Numbered from the whole stretch's first letter, positions 45,506 through 59,209 are shown. The stretch is DNA of 63,993 bases, filler included, from Licmophora abbreviata (GCA_900291995.1; 12 parts of 12 records of this genome joined end to end with filler, not necessarily neighbours in it), one strand, 5' to 3'. Translations and numbers: made by a program. The notes: generated from the sequence alone by a model not told the origin.

Positions 45506-45523
45506 AGGGTTAGGGTTAGGGTT
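45506..45523 (+). repeat. Telomeric repeat (AGGGTT)3 at contig end
   Basis: AGGGTTAGGGTTAGGGTT runs into the linker with the G-rich strand pointing outward. Confidence 0.75.
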
Positions 45524-45623
45524 NNNNNNNNNNNNNNNNNNNNNNNNNNNNNNNNNNNNNNNNNNNNTTAATTAATTAANNNNNNNNNNNNNNNNNNNNN
45601 NNNNNNNNNNNNNNNNNNNNNNN

Positions 45624-46608
45624 CCTCACTCTTGGCGTGAACGAAAGTCTTCAACAAGATGCAGGCTCGAGAGTACTTCTTTTGAGCGGACCCAACATGG
45701 TATGTGCGAATTCATGCCTCTTTACACGATATCTGACCGCATTCACTCATCTTGTTCTTTCTTTCCGCTCTCGATTTCCAAAGGGGGGAAAGAGTACTCT
45801 CCTTCGCCAGACTAGTTTGATCGTTGTGTTGGCACAGATAGGATGTTTCGTCCCCGCCGATGAGTGCGCGCTAACCCCCGTCGACCGTATCTACACCCGT
45901 CTCGGAGCCTCCGACCGCATCCTACTCGGCCAATCGACGTTCTTTGTGGAGCTCGCTGAAACAGCAAGTGCCCTTAGAGGCGCCACCCGTCGTAGCTTGG
46001 TGATTATGGACGAGCTGGGACGAGGTGCGTTAATGAGGGACGACAGAACGTTGTTGATTGTGCTCGATTGTTGTTTCTTACCATTGAATCCTACATTTTT
46101 TCTCATACCTGAAGGTACCAGCACATTTGATGGAACCGCCATCGCAAGTGCTTGTGTTAAACACTTGATCGAACGGAACGGCTCGTTGGTACTATTTGCT
46201 ACCCACTACCACTCGCTTCTGGAAGAGTGGTCACAAAATCCGACGGTTCGTCTAGGACACATGGAGTGCCTTGTCGAAGGTGAGGCAGTCGACGATGAGG
46301 GGCGACGACAGGACGAAACTGGACGCACCTTGGATAGATCTGGCGACCACAGTATCACGTTTCTCTACACGCTGGGAGACGGCGCTTGCCCGAAGAGTTT
46401 CGGTATCAACGTAGCGCGCCTTGCTGGATTACCTGAAGAAGTCTTGTCAAAAGCAAAGGAGGTTAGCTCAACGTTCGAAGCTGAGATGAGCGACTTGAAG
46501 GCAAACGCAGGCACCCTCCGTGAACAGGTGATGGCGGCTATTGAGAGCAGGACCCTGAGCGACATTGAGAGAGTTTGGGAAGCTATGCAGGTGGACCGTA
46601 ACGAGTAG
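45624..46608 (+). CDS. MSH6: DNA mismatch repair protein MSH6, C-terminal ATPase domain (5' truncated; introns 45700-45783, 46025-46114)
   Basis: GPNM|GGKSTLLRQ, TRLGASDRI..GQSTFFVEL.ETA, DELGR|GTSTFDG, LFATHYH, ITFLY...CPKSFG.NVARLAG. Confidence 0.88.
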
Positions 46609-46740
46609 GCGAATGTACTGTAGACTTCCTGCCATCGTCCCAACCAGGGCTGCTATTCTAGACTAGCATCTGTTCTGAGCTCTATTTATTCCGGTTGTAC
46701 CTGCCGCGTTCCCTATGCAATTGTTTCACGTGGGTCTGGT

Positions 46741-49700
46741 TTAAATCCTCAATTCGTTGACCAACATCTGCTTGAACTCGTCTCTTTCTTCGGGACTCAT
46801 GCGCTCACATGCTTTCGATAACCCCTCAACTATACCGCTCGCCCCGATACGGGCTGTGCCGCCGCCTGCAGTCATGACCTGAAGGACTTCCTGTGCCACA
46901 CACTCCTTCGTGTAAGATAGAACGTTCTCTTCAAGCTGAGCGTAGTTGTCTGCCATCCACGAGAGAACAAGCTTATCGTTGTTCCATTGGTCCTCCCGCA
47001 TGCCAGATTTTTGAAGGAACCATTGCCTGATAAGTCCGCTTGCTTCCGTAGGGGAAAGAGCTTTCACACCACGGCCCACTTTCGCCGCTTCCGTTATTTT
47101 CTTCCTTAAGTCGAACTCAGCGAGCTTCCTTCGCAAGCGCCAGTAGAAGAAGGTTCGCGATTCAGCCCATTCGACATCTCGTTCGATTACTCCCACTGCC
47201 TTCATCCGACCAGGAGTGTCATGGAGTTCGCAGAATTGCACGGAAATCTGCTCATATACTGGTAGCAGCGCATGTTCCCTATCTGAAACCTCTTGCTTGA
47301 TCATCTTTTCTTCTTCTTCAGAAAGGTTTCCCGAAAGTTGGCCGTCGAGCTCCATTAGTTTGTCATCGAGACGATGCATCGTCGACAGCAGATCTTTTGT
47401 TCGGTATTTCACGCTAGCGGCGCCATTCGCCTCGAGCACTCCCCCGCGTGCGGTGCCAGATGCTGCATACATTTCCATTACAGAAGCATTGATAGATGCA
47501 TCAAGTACAACCCAAGCGCCTCCGCGAATTTCTCCGTATGGGGGAATAAAGATGAACACAGGTTGCTCATAAGCAACGAATGCATCGACAATCAGTGAAC
47601 CATACTTAAGGACCTCGTCAAACATGTCTCTCTGCCCTCCGCTGAATCCCCTCCAGTTTGCGAACACAATTAAAGGCAAGTCCTCGGTTCGGAAATCATT
47701 GATAGCCTGTGCTGTCTTGTAAGCACTGTTCGGGAACCAAACGCAACCAGCCTCCTGGATTACGGCTTCAGACGCCTTCACATCCGCGGGGTCGGCTGGC
47801 TTCACAGCCTCCGCAGTTCGGTTTTCGGTAATTACAACGCCCATAGGAATTCCTCCCAGTCGTGCTCGACCTACAATGACGGTCTTCGCCCATCCCGCTA
47901 AGCTCTCGGTAAAGCTTCCTTTGTCGAAGAATCCGCTCTGCCACACACCGGCATCGTTTTCTCCCCCTGCAAGAAGAATCCGGGGATCATACGGGACACC
48001 AAGCGACGGTGTGAAATCAATGCGTCGTTCGATCTCGTCAATACCTCTGATGTCGGAGACAGGAAGGAGGCCGCCTCTCTTGGATGGCACATACGATAAC
48101 CAATCAATGGCCGCCTTGACCGCCTGAATATGGTCCGGCTCAACCAAATGGGAAATACCGTTCGGATACATAATACCAGGGCCTCCCAGTTGGTCATTTG
48201 TAGAGTATACATCGACACCCATAAGTTTATTGAGCGCCTGGTAGCCCGTCAGGATGATCGGAGAGGCTGTTGACTTCTGAATAGTCCTCTGACCGAGACG
48301 AACTAGATACGCTCCGATGCCTACCGTTCTAAAAAGCGATACGAGACGGAACATTGCCGTGTAGGGTGAGTGGCAGTCTAGCAATGCGAGGCACAGTCGT
48401 CGCATTCGAGATATCTCACCTTCCCAGCACAATCGTCATGGTGAAGATTTCTTCGTATGCACAGCTCGTTTCGCCAGCAATGAGGCCAGATCCCTTGAGA
48501 TTTTCAACACCAAGATCTGGCTCAGACCCTATGATATCGGTAATCCTGAAGACGGGCTCGCCAAGGAGGGTAGTTTCTTCACCAACCAACTCTTTTCGCT
48601 CTTTGCCAAGCTCGTCGTAGTCACTCTTCGTCATGTATAGGAAGTCAAACCCGTTTTCGGGTTTCTTGGGATCCGTGAAAGCGACTCGGAATTTTTGTTT
48701 CACGCCATCCGCCAGTCCAATTCTCGCTCCAGAGTTAGCAGCAACGAACAAACGAGGTATGCCATTTTCTCTGGCAAATTCTGAAGCCATTTTGAATACG
48801 ACATCTTCGCGCGTTCCGAAGCTTCCTGCCTTGTGAGTGATGTCGTTCGCAATAAGTACGACTTGTCGGCCCTGCGAAAGCGATTGGCGGTCAAGAATAA
48901 GCGATGGCGTTGATGCCTTTTCATGAGCGGTACAGCAGAAAACTTACATCTGGATATTCCACCGTTTTTAGCACCATCAGCCAAGCAACCATACCAACAT
49001 TGTTTGCTCCAGCGCCACGACTCATCTGAGCTAGTTCGAGGTCCCCGTTCAGGTAGTCCTTCATTGTCCAGGAGTCGTCCGCTCGGTCACGTGCTTTCTT
49101 CTGTACGACCAGCTCGCTGGTGTACATCACCATCAACGGACTGGCGCCAGCACGCATCGCTCCTTCAGTCCCTCCAAGTGCAGCGACATCATGCCACTGC
49201 TGCTCAATTGCCACCTCAAATAACGCAGGGAGGTCATAGCAGTACAGAGTGTCGGAAGCTTTCAGGGCAGCCTTCCTTTGAGCATCGAAAGGGCGAGTAA
49301 GAGGATAAGGGGCGGCGACATCAGTGCCTTCCCAAGAGCTATCTCCAGTGCATGCCAGGCTTGCTTTTGTTCCACCGATGAGTTTGAAAACGCGGGTGCC
49401 TCCGTCTTCCCCTGTTGCCTCAACATATGTACTCATGACATGGACATAGCCTGTAGGATTGCTCGCTACGAGGCGAAGTGCGATAGGTGGAGAGTCCTTG
49501 CTCAGGCGACACACGATGCGGGTTTCGACCTCTACAATACCCAAGCTGGTCACTCTTTCGCCGTGACGCTTCAAGATAGCAACCACGACTTGCTCAACGA
49601 CGACAGGGTCGAGAATAGCTTTCTCAAAGTCACTCACTAGGTTGATGAAGAGATGGTTGTCTGCCCGGTTCTTTCGAGCGACCAAGTCCAACGAATTCAA

Positions 49701-52700
49701 GGCGTCGACAAGAATACGTTCGAAACTAGCTGATGAGAATTCCAAAACAAAGCTCAACGCCCTCGCAAAAACCCGGGGGCTCTTGTTAGCTTTGCGATCT
49801 CTCGCTAGTGCTGACGTCCTTGGCGTCGCCGCATACATGTGCACAGAGCAGGTTGGTGTGTGACGAGATCCGAGCATCTGAACATGGAAATTTCCTGCAA
49901 TTCTGTTCAGACCGAGTTGAAAGGCATGTGTGGGGTCAATGTGACGGTACAGGGATTCCTCTTTGAAAGCGGGAGAACGGTAGGTGAACAAAGCAGGGGG
50001 CGAGTATTCATCCGGCTCTTGACTGACGACAAAAGTTACTCGTCGAACGTCTGCCCGCTTTAGCATATGATGGATGGCAGCAATAATACTCTGGCACAGG
50101 CCAGCAACTCCATCCTCCGTTTCGGCGCCCTTCCCCACCCTATCCCCAGCAACAATAATATAGAGGACGTTCAGCGGCCAGGGATCACCGTTTTGAGCCG
50201 CATTCGTGTATTGTGGGAATCCCGATACGATGTTCTCAACCCTTGTCATGTCATGCAACTCATCAATCTTGTCGACGACCGCGAAAACGCCAGTGCGAGT
50301 CACTGTCTGAGGGGTGCCAGCAAGATCACTCTGGCACGTCATCAGCTCCGAATCGCTGTCACTTCCGTCACCAATACTTGAGATCGAGTTGGACCGAACG
50401 ATCCGTGTAAGGTCCGTTATGCTCTTAACGGAGTCCGCGTTATTCAGAGCCAAGTCTGACGGCTTATTCAGGAACGAAAACTGCAAGGATCGATTTTCTG
50501 GGGTCCTTTCGAATTCCTTGATCGTGAAGGTTCGATATACGTGTCGAGCGTAGAGCTCGAGAAGGCCATCCTCGTCATCAGGGTCACTAGACTCTCTCAA
50601 AGCAGCGAAGAAAACGTCCTCCATGGGAACGTTTGAAGCAAGAAAGTCATCAACACTTCGCTTTACCTCAGTGTCACCGCTTGACGAAACCAAGCTCTTG
50701 ACTGTTTCCTGAACTTTTCGTTTGCGCTGTTCAATACTAGGCAGACTCTCTTGAAGAAGAAGCCTACGGGCCTGCAGAGCAACAGGAGCGTATGCCTCAA
50801 CGTTTCCCATCGAAGCGATCTGCGACAGAGCAGGAGCAGCCTCGGACAGGCTTTCTGCGCCTGTCAGAATGGAGACTCGTTTCCCGATAGGTGAGACTGT
50901 GCTAGTAAGCGAGTCCACACGCGACGCATCCGCGATCAAAATCATAATCCGTGAAATGAAGCTCGAAGATGTCGAGAGTTGGGCATGCGAGCGACATATC
51001 TTCATAACAGTCTCACAATCAGTCTTGTACGATTTCCGTAGATTCTCGACAGCATCTGCGTACGACTTGGACTCGTGGAACCAGTGCTCAACAGCGATCC
51101 AGTTGCGAAGCATTTCAAGCATGCTTTTCATTGCCCGTTCCGATCCCGGAACTCCCGCTGCATGGCTCTTTGCATACGGCGATGCGGCGTCAAGCAGAGG
51201 ACTAGTTAACGAGACAAAAGCGGACTGTTCCGACGGCTCTGTGAACGAGTCCACATACTCAGAAAGTGCCTTCACGACCTCTTCAGCAGGAAACCTAGAC
51301 AACGAATAAGAAAAGCGACAAGAATTAGCACTTGAGAGAAAAAGCGCACACGGACAATAGAACCAGCAAATAACAAACCTTAGCTGCATGCCGGTGCCGG
51401 CTGCTCCCTGCACTCTCTGTTTGAAATCGCTGATCATTGCCGAGATGAAAGAAAAGAGATCTGCCGGGATTCTTCCACTAAGAACTGACAGCTGCTCATC
51501 GATCTCGAAGACGGGCAGAGATGGGTCCGTAACAGCAAACTGGAGCTGATCAAGTGCCAAGTCGATTTCGTCCTCCTTCAGCATATAACCTGCCATACAC
51601 CCAGCAAGTCTCTTAATGGCCTCCCGAAATACAAGATGGGGTCGACTACCTACAGATGAGAGGACGGGGCCTCCCCAGCCATCGACACAGATCGGGCCGT
51701 TGTGCACCGTGACCTGTGACACATTCTCAGGGTGTTCAAGCTCAAGAGTGGCCAGCAAGTCGCCAGGTGCGATCGAAGCTCCTTCATTGACACACCATGT
51801 CATGACTCCAGCCTCTTCGACCTTAAGAGGCATGAACATCTTCATAACCTCGATTTCACCGTATGGCTCGCCTTTCTTGACTCGCGCTCCGTCCGGGACA
51901 AGCTTCTTTACAAGCTTTCCGGCGACGTCAGTACGTAGAGATGACGGATCATAGTCAGGAGAAAACGCGACAGTCGCTCCACCGCCAACGTTCAAACGCA
52001 TACCACTTGCGGCATCTCCTTTGCTGGTCAAATATGCAACGTGACTCTTTCCGCCAATTTCAATCAAATAACCTCCATCACTCAAAGTTCTGACGGTGGT
52101 GACGACAAACTGGGAGTCGTCGCTTGCTTCAGATAGGACAAAAGTATTCGATCCAGTGCGAGTGCACCTGAGCTCGTATTTGACATCCGAGAGAATGAGC
52201 TCGATTTCGTTCGTCATTCGCAAGAGAGACCTCGGCGGTAACTGGCCCTTTTCGAGCAACGACAGGAACTGCGCCTCGCCTTCGGTGCAGCTATCATATG
52301 CAGTGATCGTAGCTCCCATTATCACATAGTAGTGGTCATTCAGAGTCTTGCTCTTTACTGATGATCTCCTTTTCGATTTGCCACTTTCTGAAGTTCCGAT
52401 GCCGTCAACGTTCTCCTTGATAAGCGCGTCAAGCCACCCAGTGTCGATACGGTTCTCTACAAAGTCTTCAAGCTCGATCAGCTTGGAAATATAGTCGACA
52501 GTTGTGCTGATATCCCCACGGATCGACAATTCTTTCAATGCAAGGACCATACTTCTTCTCGTTTGCTCTCGGTTTGGACCAGAGGCAAACAAATGGCCAA
52601 ATTGGGAGTCGGCAAACTCGTGGATGGACCCGGAACTGTCCATACTAAAGTAGCCCCACACATTCGGTGTCGAACGAAAGTTTAATTCTTGAATTCCACC

Positions 52701-54175
52701 GCTCGTCGGCTTGAACCCTGCCTCTGCGTTCTCCGCAGTAATTCTTACGGCAATGCAATGTCCAAAGGGTTTGACTCGTGTTTCACTGTCAAAGTCAATG
52801 ACATTGCACTCGTCGCCAGGGGAGTCCTCAAATCGATTGCGGCCGTAGAGTTCCCGGATCTCCGGGATATTGTGCAATGGAATACCCATGGCGACTTGAA
52901 GCTGTGCTGCCGGTAGATTGGCACGAGTAATCATCTCGGTGACAGGATGCTCGACTTGTAGACGGGGATTTAGCTCCAGAAAAAAGAACTTGCCGTCCTT
53001 CTCCGAGTACAAGTACTCCACGGTTCCCGCATTCGCGTAACCGACGGCCTTGGCAAGAGAGACGGCGGCTTTCTCCATTTGCGTCCAAACCTCAGGACGA
53101 GCCGCTACCGGAGGTCCCTCTTCGATGATCTTCTGATGGCGGCGCTGGACGGAACAGTCGCGGCCATTGAGCGCCATTGCGTTGCCGTACTCATCTGCGA
53201 GTAACTGAACTTCCAAGTGCCTGGAGTTAGCCGAGAGCTTCATGATGAAGATAGGGCTACCTGGAACTTCACCGCAAACCTGGCGGTAGGCAGTGGCAAC
53301 ATCTTCTTGCTTGCTGACGCTGCGAATTCCCTTGCCTCCTCCACCCTCCGATGCCTTGATCATAACAGGAAAACCGATTCGCACGGCTGCCTCACGTGCC
53401 TCTGTCGAGTTTGCAATACTGGCAGCATCGTAGGCCTCATCAGGAAGCTGCCCCGCAGCCAAATCATACACAGCCTTGACGTCCTCTCCATTCCAAGAGA
53501 TACACGGGACGCCCGCCGACTGTGCAATGATGGTACTTCCAATCTTGTCGCCCAACGCCCTCATGGGAGGTCCAGCAGGGCCGATGAACTTGATGGGTGG
53601 ATTGCTCTTGGACAGCGTATCTGGGAGAGTAGGATTCTCGCTTGCGTGTCCCCATCCCGCCCAGACGGCATGTACTCCATGAAGGCGTGCGAGCTCCACA
53701 ATGAGTGTGACGTTGGCGTAGTTGTGATTGTTGGAACCTCCGGGAACGTCGACTATGACATCGCCCATTCGGATATATTCCGCATTGGCACTGTCGTAGA
53801 ATTAAAACAATAATCGACGTGGTTCAGAATGTGCAACTACAAACAAGACACGGGGCGCCGCGCGAAAAAACACAACATTCAACTCTAAACGTACCGCAAA
53901 TCCTCTGGAGTGGCCATGACGACAAAGGAGATGGCCTTTTCATCGCCAAACACGTCGTAGGCCCATCGGCGAATGGATCGAATTGCTTTCACGGCTGCAA
54001 CACCATTGTTCGCAATGAGTACTTTTTCGATGACGCAACCTTTGGACCCGCCCAAGACGGCGACATAGTCCGAAACAGTGGGAAAACGGCGATGGATGCT
54101 GGACGAGCGAGTTACTCCTTCCGCAGCTGGCATTTCGGGTAAATCATAGATATGTGCGGCGTCGACCTCCGACAT
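46741..54175 (-). CDS. ACC: Homomeric acetyl-CoA carboxylase, probably cytosolic (introns 53791-53894, 51295-51378, 48872-48947, 48329-48419)
   Basis: [40 protein letters not shown], biotin site [26 protein letters not shown]; no signal or transit peptide at MSEVDAAH. Confidence 0.96.
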
Positions 54176-55015
54176 GGTTGACGAAGATCGAGCGTTATTA
54201 TGCTTTTTGTTTTCTGTTTGTTGTCTGTGATGACGATTCAATAGCGAGAAAGTGTGAGATAGTGACACATTCAAGTTCAATCAAGTGCGTACATAGGAGC
54301 GCCACGTAGAAAGCTACGCAAATTTGCCACCAACCTCACAGAAGCCCAATGATGATCAATGAGATGATTCAGGAGACTGAATCGAAGAATCGAATCTCTC
54401 ACCGTTTGTGCTGCTAACCAGGCTAGACAATCACACACGTTGAAGGCTCTCTGTATCCTTGTGAGCTCCGATCACAGCAGCTTTCCGCGCGTCCTTTCCA
54501 AATGATGATGATGTGGTTGACTTCGGCGGTGACGACTTGATTTTGCGCGCGCCGCCATGACGACTGAATAACCCGGATATGCAAACTTCATTCCGAGGCA
54601 TCCACAACTGATATTTCTGGAGTAATGATAAACCTTCATTCATGAGGTTGATATCAAATTTTGGCGTTAGGACAGAGGTATCCAAATTTTAGAATCATAC
54701 AACTCTGAAGGTAGATTATATGTCATACAGGTCCTCAGATGCGTCGATATCATACAGAATTTCGAATTTTCCAAATCTTGGAAGACCGCACCTCTGATGG
54801 CTTTCCCGCACTAATGGTGTGTTCTGTGCATGATGTTCGTTTGAAATTGACAGTCACTCGACCCCCTTGTTCGGTGAAGGCGCTTTCACTCACAAGAATC
54901 CACTGACAGCGAGGAAGATACCAGCGGTAGCTCTCACATACAACATACAACTCATCTACGTATTCTAGAATTGACTGTCGGTACGAATAGTAATCCAACA
55001 GATCAATCGGCAACC

Positions 55016-56002
55016 ATGAAGCTTCTCGGCAAGAAGTTCAAAGTCAGGTCGGTGAGACGCACCCGTAGCACGACTGCTACTCAGCCCCAACTAGACGAGA
55101 CATCGCTCGTGGCGATTGGGCCCACTCCCGATTCCGATATCAGAAGCATCAGCTCCAAGTCGATCGACTCAGGCGCTGCAGTCATGGATGCCATGTCTAC
55201 GTTTGGAACGCCTGACACCACAGCAGACATTTCTTTGCTCGAAATGCCACCGCCCGTCAAGAAGAAGCGCAGTTTTCTCAACGTAGTTCGACGACGCACA
55301 TCGTCCCTTCGTTCCCTCCGACGGCATCACAGCTCGTTCAATGGAGATAATTCTTTCAAGTTTCCAGAGGATACTAGTACTACGAGCAGTCTTCGCAACT
55401 ACACTCCTACAGTGAACATTACGGTGAGCGACGGATCACAGGAGGCGCGCGAGACGGATGATGGATGGTCGCACCTGCTCTTGGGTCAGGCGTTCATTGC
55501 GCAGGACCGTGACACCAAACCCTTGTCGGCGACATTCGGGGGAAGTGATCCGGTTGCAGACGATAGTGTGCTTCAGGGCTTGTTTTTGTTTGACGGGGGA
55601 AACGACGACGAGTACTACTACGAAGATGAGGAGGACGAAGATGATTACGAGTGGGAGGTTGATTCCATGATGACGGTCAAGTCTTACTTTACCGAACGCA
55701 CAGGACTGACGAATCGTACGGTTGGTACTGGAACCGCTACGGAGTACACGAACGGCACAGGGTACACGGACGAAACTTGCTACGCAACGGACGCGACGGA
55801 CTCTACGGATTCCACAACTTCGACGGCCACACCACCTGAGGCTGATGATGACGTGCCCAAGTTGGGGAAGGCCCGAAAAGCAAAATCAAAGCGTACTTCT
55901 GCTGACGCAATGGAGGACTTTTACATGGTTATGGAAGATTTTGCCTCGGGAGGGCAAGCCTGCTTGGCATCTATGTCAAAAGGAAGGCCTATTTGCGTTT
56001 GA
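55016..56002 (+). CDS. Hypothetical low-complexity Ser/Thr/acidic protein
   Basis: Open frame of about 328 aa from MKLLGKK; no recognisable domain. Confidence 0.55.
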   Translation: MKLLGKKFKVRSVRRTRSTTATQPQLDETSLVAIGPTPDSDIRSISSKSIDSGAAVMDAMSTFGTPDTTADISLLEMPPPVKKKRSFLNVVRRRTSSLRSLRRHHSSFNGDNSFKFPEDTSTTSSLRNYTPTVNITVSDGSQEARETDDGWSHLLLGQAFIAQDRDTKPLSATFGGSDPVADDSVLQGLFLFDGGNDDEYYYEDEEDEDDYEWEVDSMMTVKSYFTERTGLTNRTVGTGTATEYTNGTGYTDETCYATDATDSTDSTTSTATPPEADDDVPKLGKARKAKSKRTSADAMEDFYMVMEDFASGGQACLASMSKGRPICV

Positions 56003-56355
56003 AAGCGTCAAGGCGTCTGTATATTCATGAATTGTGCGCAAGAAGAGTCACTCGAGTCTTCTTCTTGCAAGAAATATATATAAGTATAGTGTTAGTAGTA
56101 CCGAAAGGTAGTTGTATGAGAAAGTAGACAGTAGAGCTTGCTCTTCTAGTACAATGGTTCTCAAAGTTTGCTGCCCAATCTACCGCAATAGTAAGCACCA
56201 TCGCTCTGACCACATTGAACATCGTCAGTCACATCATGAGAACAGTTCCGTATTANNNNNNNNNNNNNNNNNNNNNNNNNNNNNNNNNNNNNNNNNNNNT
56301 TAATTAATTAANNNNNNNNNNNNNNNNNNNNNNNNNNNNNNNNNNNNNNNNNNNN

Positions 56356-58396
56356 AATGTAGAGCAGGTCAGAATGGGTCAATGCTTCCGTTTGAAAGAC
56401 TTCTTGAAGAGGAGAAAAGTAGACAATGAGAAACTGTCCCAGCATGCTGCCACCGACGGCCCAAATGTAAGCAGGATTACTAAATGGGCTAATCTCGTAA
56501 AAGCAGCGATCAGAGGATCGGCATACGTACGAGTTGAGAAGATCGAGGTTCACAAAAGTCATAAATGTCATGGTCGTATCTCTTCTCGTAACTCGTCCGT
56601 CGTCGAGCTCATTTGCAAAAACCTTGAGAGTCAAGTACACAATGAGCGCAGCACTCGTCATCGCTCGAACCAGAAGCGCACGAGTTACAATAGGGTCGTC
56701 GGCCTTTCGCGGTTGCGCCTTGAGAATCTTCTCGTCGACAGGCTCGACACCCAGACTCTGGCTGAGTGGCCCGTCCATGAGCAGGTTCAAGAAGAGAATT
56801 TGCATGGCATTCAAGGGCTGCGGTAAGCCAAAGAGTGTTGCGATGGCATTCATTGACAATGCCGCAAATGAAGTAGAAAGCTGGAACGAAAGAAAGTTGC
56901 GGATATTGAAGAAGATGCCCTTGCCTTCAGCGACGGCCTCCGTCATGGTGCAGAAGTCGTCGTCGGCAAGCACGACGTCCGCGGCTTCCTTTGCCACATC
57001 GGTTCCACCTTTTCCCATAGCAACACCAATATCGGCGCCCTTGAGTGCCGGTGCGTCGTTGACACCGTCGCCCGTCATGACAACGATCTCGCCGTGCGAC
57101 TGGAGAGCGCGAACGAGAGCCAGCTTGTGTCGAGGGACAGTGCGATAAAATACACGCACGCCCAGGATGGAGTCCGCTAAAGTGCTCGGTGGAAAAGCGT
57201 CGATCTCTTCGCCACTCAAAGCAAGGCTTGTGCCAACTTCCAGATCAGAGGACGGAGAATCGTCCATAGAAAGCGAATGCGACGGCGCGAAAGAAATAGT
57301 TCCACCTTCATTGCCAAGAATACCGCATCGTCGAGCAATGGCAAGCGCAGTCTCTTTGGAATCACCCGTTACCATCATGACCTTGACACCGCTTCGGCGA
57401 AGCTGACGAACGGAATCAGCAACGCCAACGCGTGGCGGGTCTTCCATTCCGATAATACCAGCAAAAGTCAAGTCATCTAGACTCGGTCCGAATGACATGG
57501 CGAGCACACGAAGTCCACACGCGGCCATTCGGCGCGCTTGTGTCAGGACCATTTCTTTCTCATTTTCCGTCAAGGAGGCGGAAGATCCATCGGAGGTCAA
57601 ATACGTCAAGCACTCGCCCAACACTGCTTCAGGCATTCCCTTTACAAAGTAGAGCGATCCGTCTTTGGGTCCTGTGGAAGGTGTGTTTGACGCCCCTCGC
57701 ATAGAAAGCATACTAGTCTTGGGCGGAGCTGACCTTCGCTGCATGGCCTGAGTAAACGCGGGAGACGAATGCGAGCCACTGACGGGACGAGCACGAACCT
57801 CCATGCGCTTGCGCTCACTCGTAAAGGGGATCTCTTGCACGCGGTGGTAGAGGGGGCGGGGATCCTGTATGCCACTCTTGGCGCCAGCTACCAGAAGCGC
57901 CAGCTCCGTCGGTTGTCCAACGTGACCCGAGTCTCCCTCAGTCTCGATGGTGCCATTGTTGCAGAGGCATGCGATTTGAAACAAAGCTGACAAGGCCTCA
58001 AACTCTTGACTCTTGCCAGTCAGTTTCTGAAGCATCCGATTGCTGTCGTCGTCACTAGACACATGATCATGATTTTTCGTCGTTCGCACCAATTCTCCAT
58101 CCGACGAATTGTACCCCACTCCGGTCCACCCAAAGTTCGATTGTGGATACGCCAGCACGTACGTTGATCGCGCCGTCATTTCATTCTGTGTCAAAGTCCC
58201 CGTCTTGTCGGATGCCACTACTGTCGCACACCCCAACGATTCGACAGCCGGTAGTTTCTTGACGATAGCATTGCGTCGTGCCATGCGCAAGACTCCTAGC
58301 GCCAGTGTGACGGTAACGCATATCGGAAGTCCCTCCGGAATGGCAGCTACCGCAAGACTAACGGCAACTGTGACTGTTTCTAGAAAGGGCCGTCCC
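56356..58396 (-). CDS. PMR1: P-type IIA Ca2+/Mn2+-ATPase of PMR1/SPCA type, internal fragment
   Basis: AIPEGLP, DKTGTLTQNEM, KGMPE, MVTGD, TGDGVNDAPALK, MDGP..QSLGVEP; open at both contig ends. Confidence 0.92.
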
Positions 58397-58500
58397 NNNN
58401 NNNNNNNNNNNNNNNNNNNNNNNNNNNNNNNNNNNNNNNNTTAATTAATTAANNNNNNNNNNNNNNNNNNNNNNNNNNNNNNNNNNNNNNNNNNNNTCTG

Positions 58501-59115
58501 ATGAATCTCAGTGCCGACCATCGCACTCGCATCATGGTACCGCGCAAGGATCTTCGACACGATGTTGTTCAATTTGAGGGATCGCTTGTGGATGTGTCAG
58601 AGTGTTTCCAACAGGCTCTCCAGTTTCTCGTCAATGCGGAACAAAAGAAAAAGAAACAACAGCACGGTACTCCTGATGGAGTTTCCAAAGTCACCAGCAA
58701 GATTGCCGTGACAGTCCTGCCACCGCAGACGAAACTTCGTAGCGTCGCGCGCAAGACGGATACGGCGATTCAGAAACAAAAGAGCGAGGACGGTAGTGGT
58801 TGGGAATTGGTAATTACTGGAGTTTCTACAATGGCAGCAGTGGAAATGATGGAAAAGTGGAATACCGATCAGGCGAGCAAAAAGGCTGATGTAAAGGGAG
58901 AGGGAAGCAGCAACAACAAGACGACAGCGCCTCGCACTCGACGAGGAGCTCGCGCCGGCAATAAGAACAAACGAAGTACTACCGACGGAATGAATACAGC
59001 TACGACTGTAACGGAAGTTTCTGCTAGTATGGCAGAGTCGACTCCGTTAATCGGTGCAGAAACAACAACAGCAGCACCATCACCACCGTTGGAGCCTTCC
59101 GCACCATCGCCATGA
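58501..59115 (+). CDS. Hypothetical protein, probably a C-terminal fragment
   Basis: Open frame from the contig edge; no motif recognised. Confidence 0.4.
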   Translation: MNLSADHRTRIMVPRKDLRHDVVQFEGSLVDVSECFQQALQFLVNAEQKKKKQQHGTPDGVSKVTSKIAVTVLPPQTKLRSVARKTDTAIQKQKSEDGSGWELVITGVSTMAAVEMMEKWNTDQASKKADVKGEGSSNNKTTAPRTRRGARAGNKNKRSTTDGMNTATTVTEVSASMAESTPLIGAETTTAAPSPPLEPSAPSP

Positions 59116-59209
59116 GAAGAGCGAATAGCTTTAGTGTACGAGCGCGACTTCGTATGGTACTATCTTGGAATATTGACCTATCATAGCAACACACTTGATT
59201 TCTTCTTCC

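Noticed and set aside
31737..45523. PinX1-like gene near a telomere contig
   Set aside because: Separated by linkers; contig order is not reliable chromosome order
56720..56810. Divergent M6 in PMR1 (FLNLLMDGPLSQ versus usual WINIIMDGPPAQ)
   Set aside because: Ion-binding N, D and the following Q are retained; ordinary divergence
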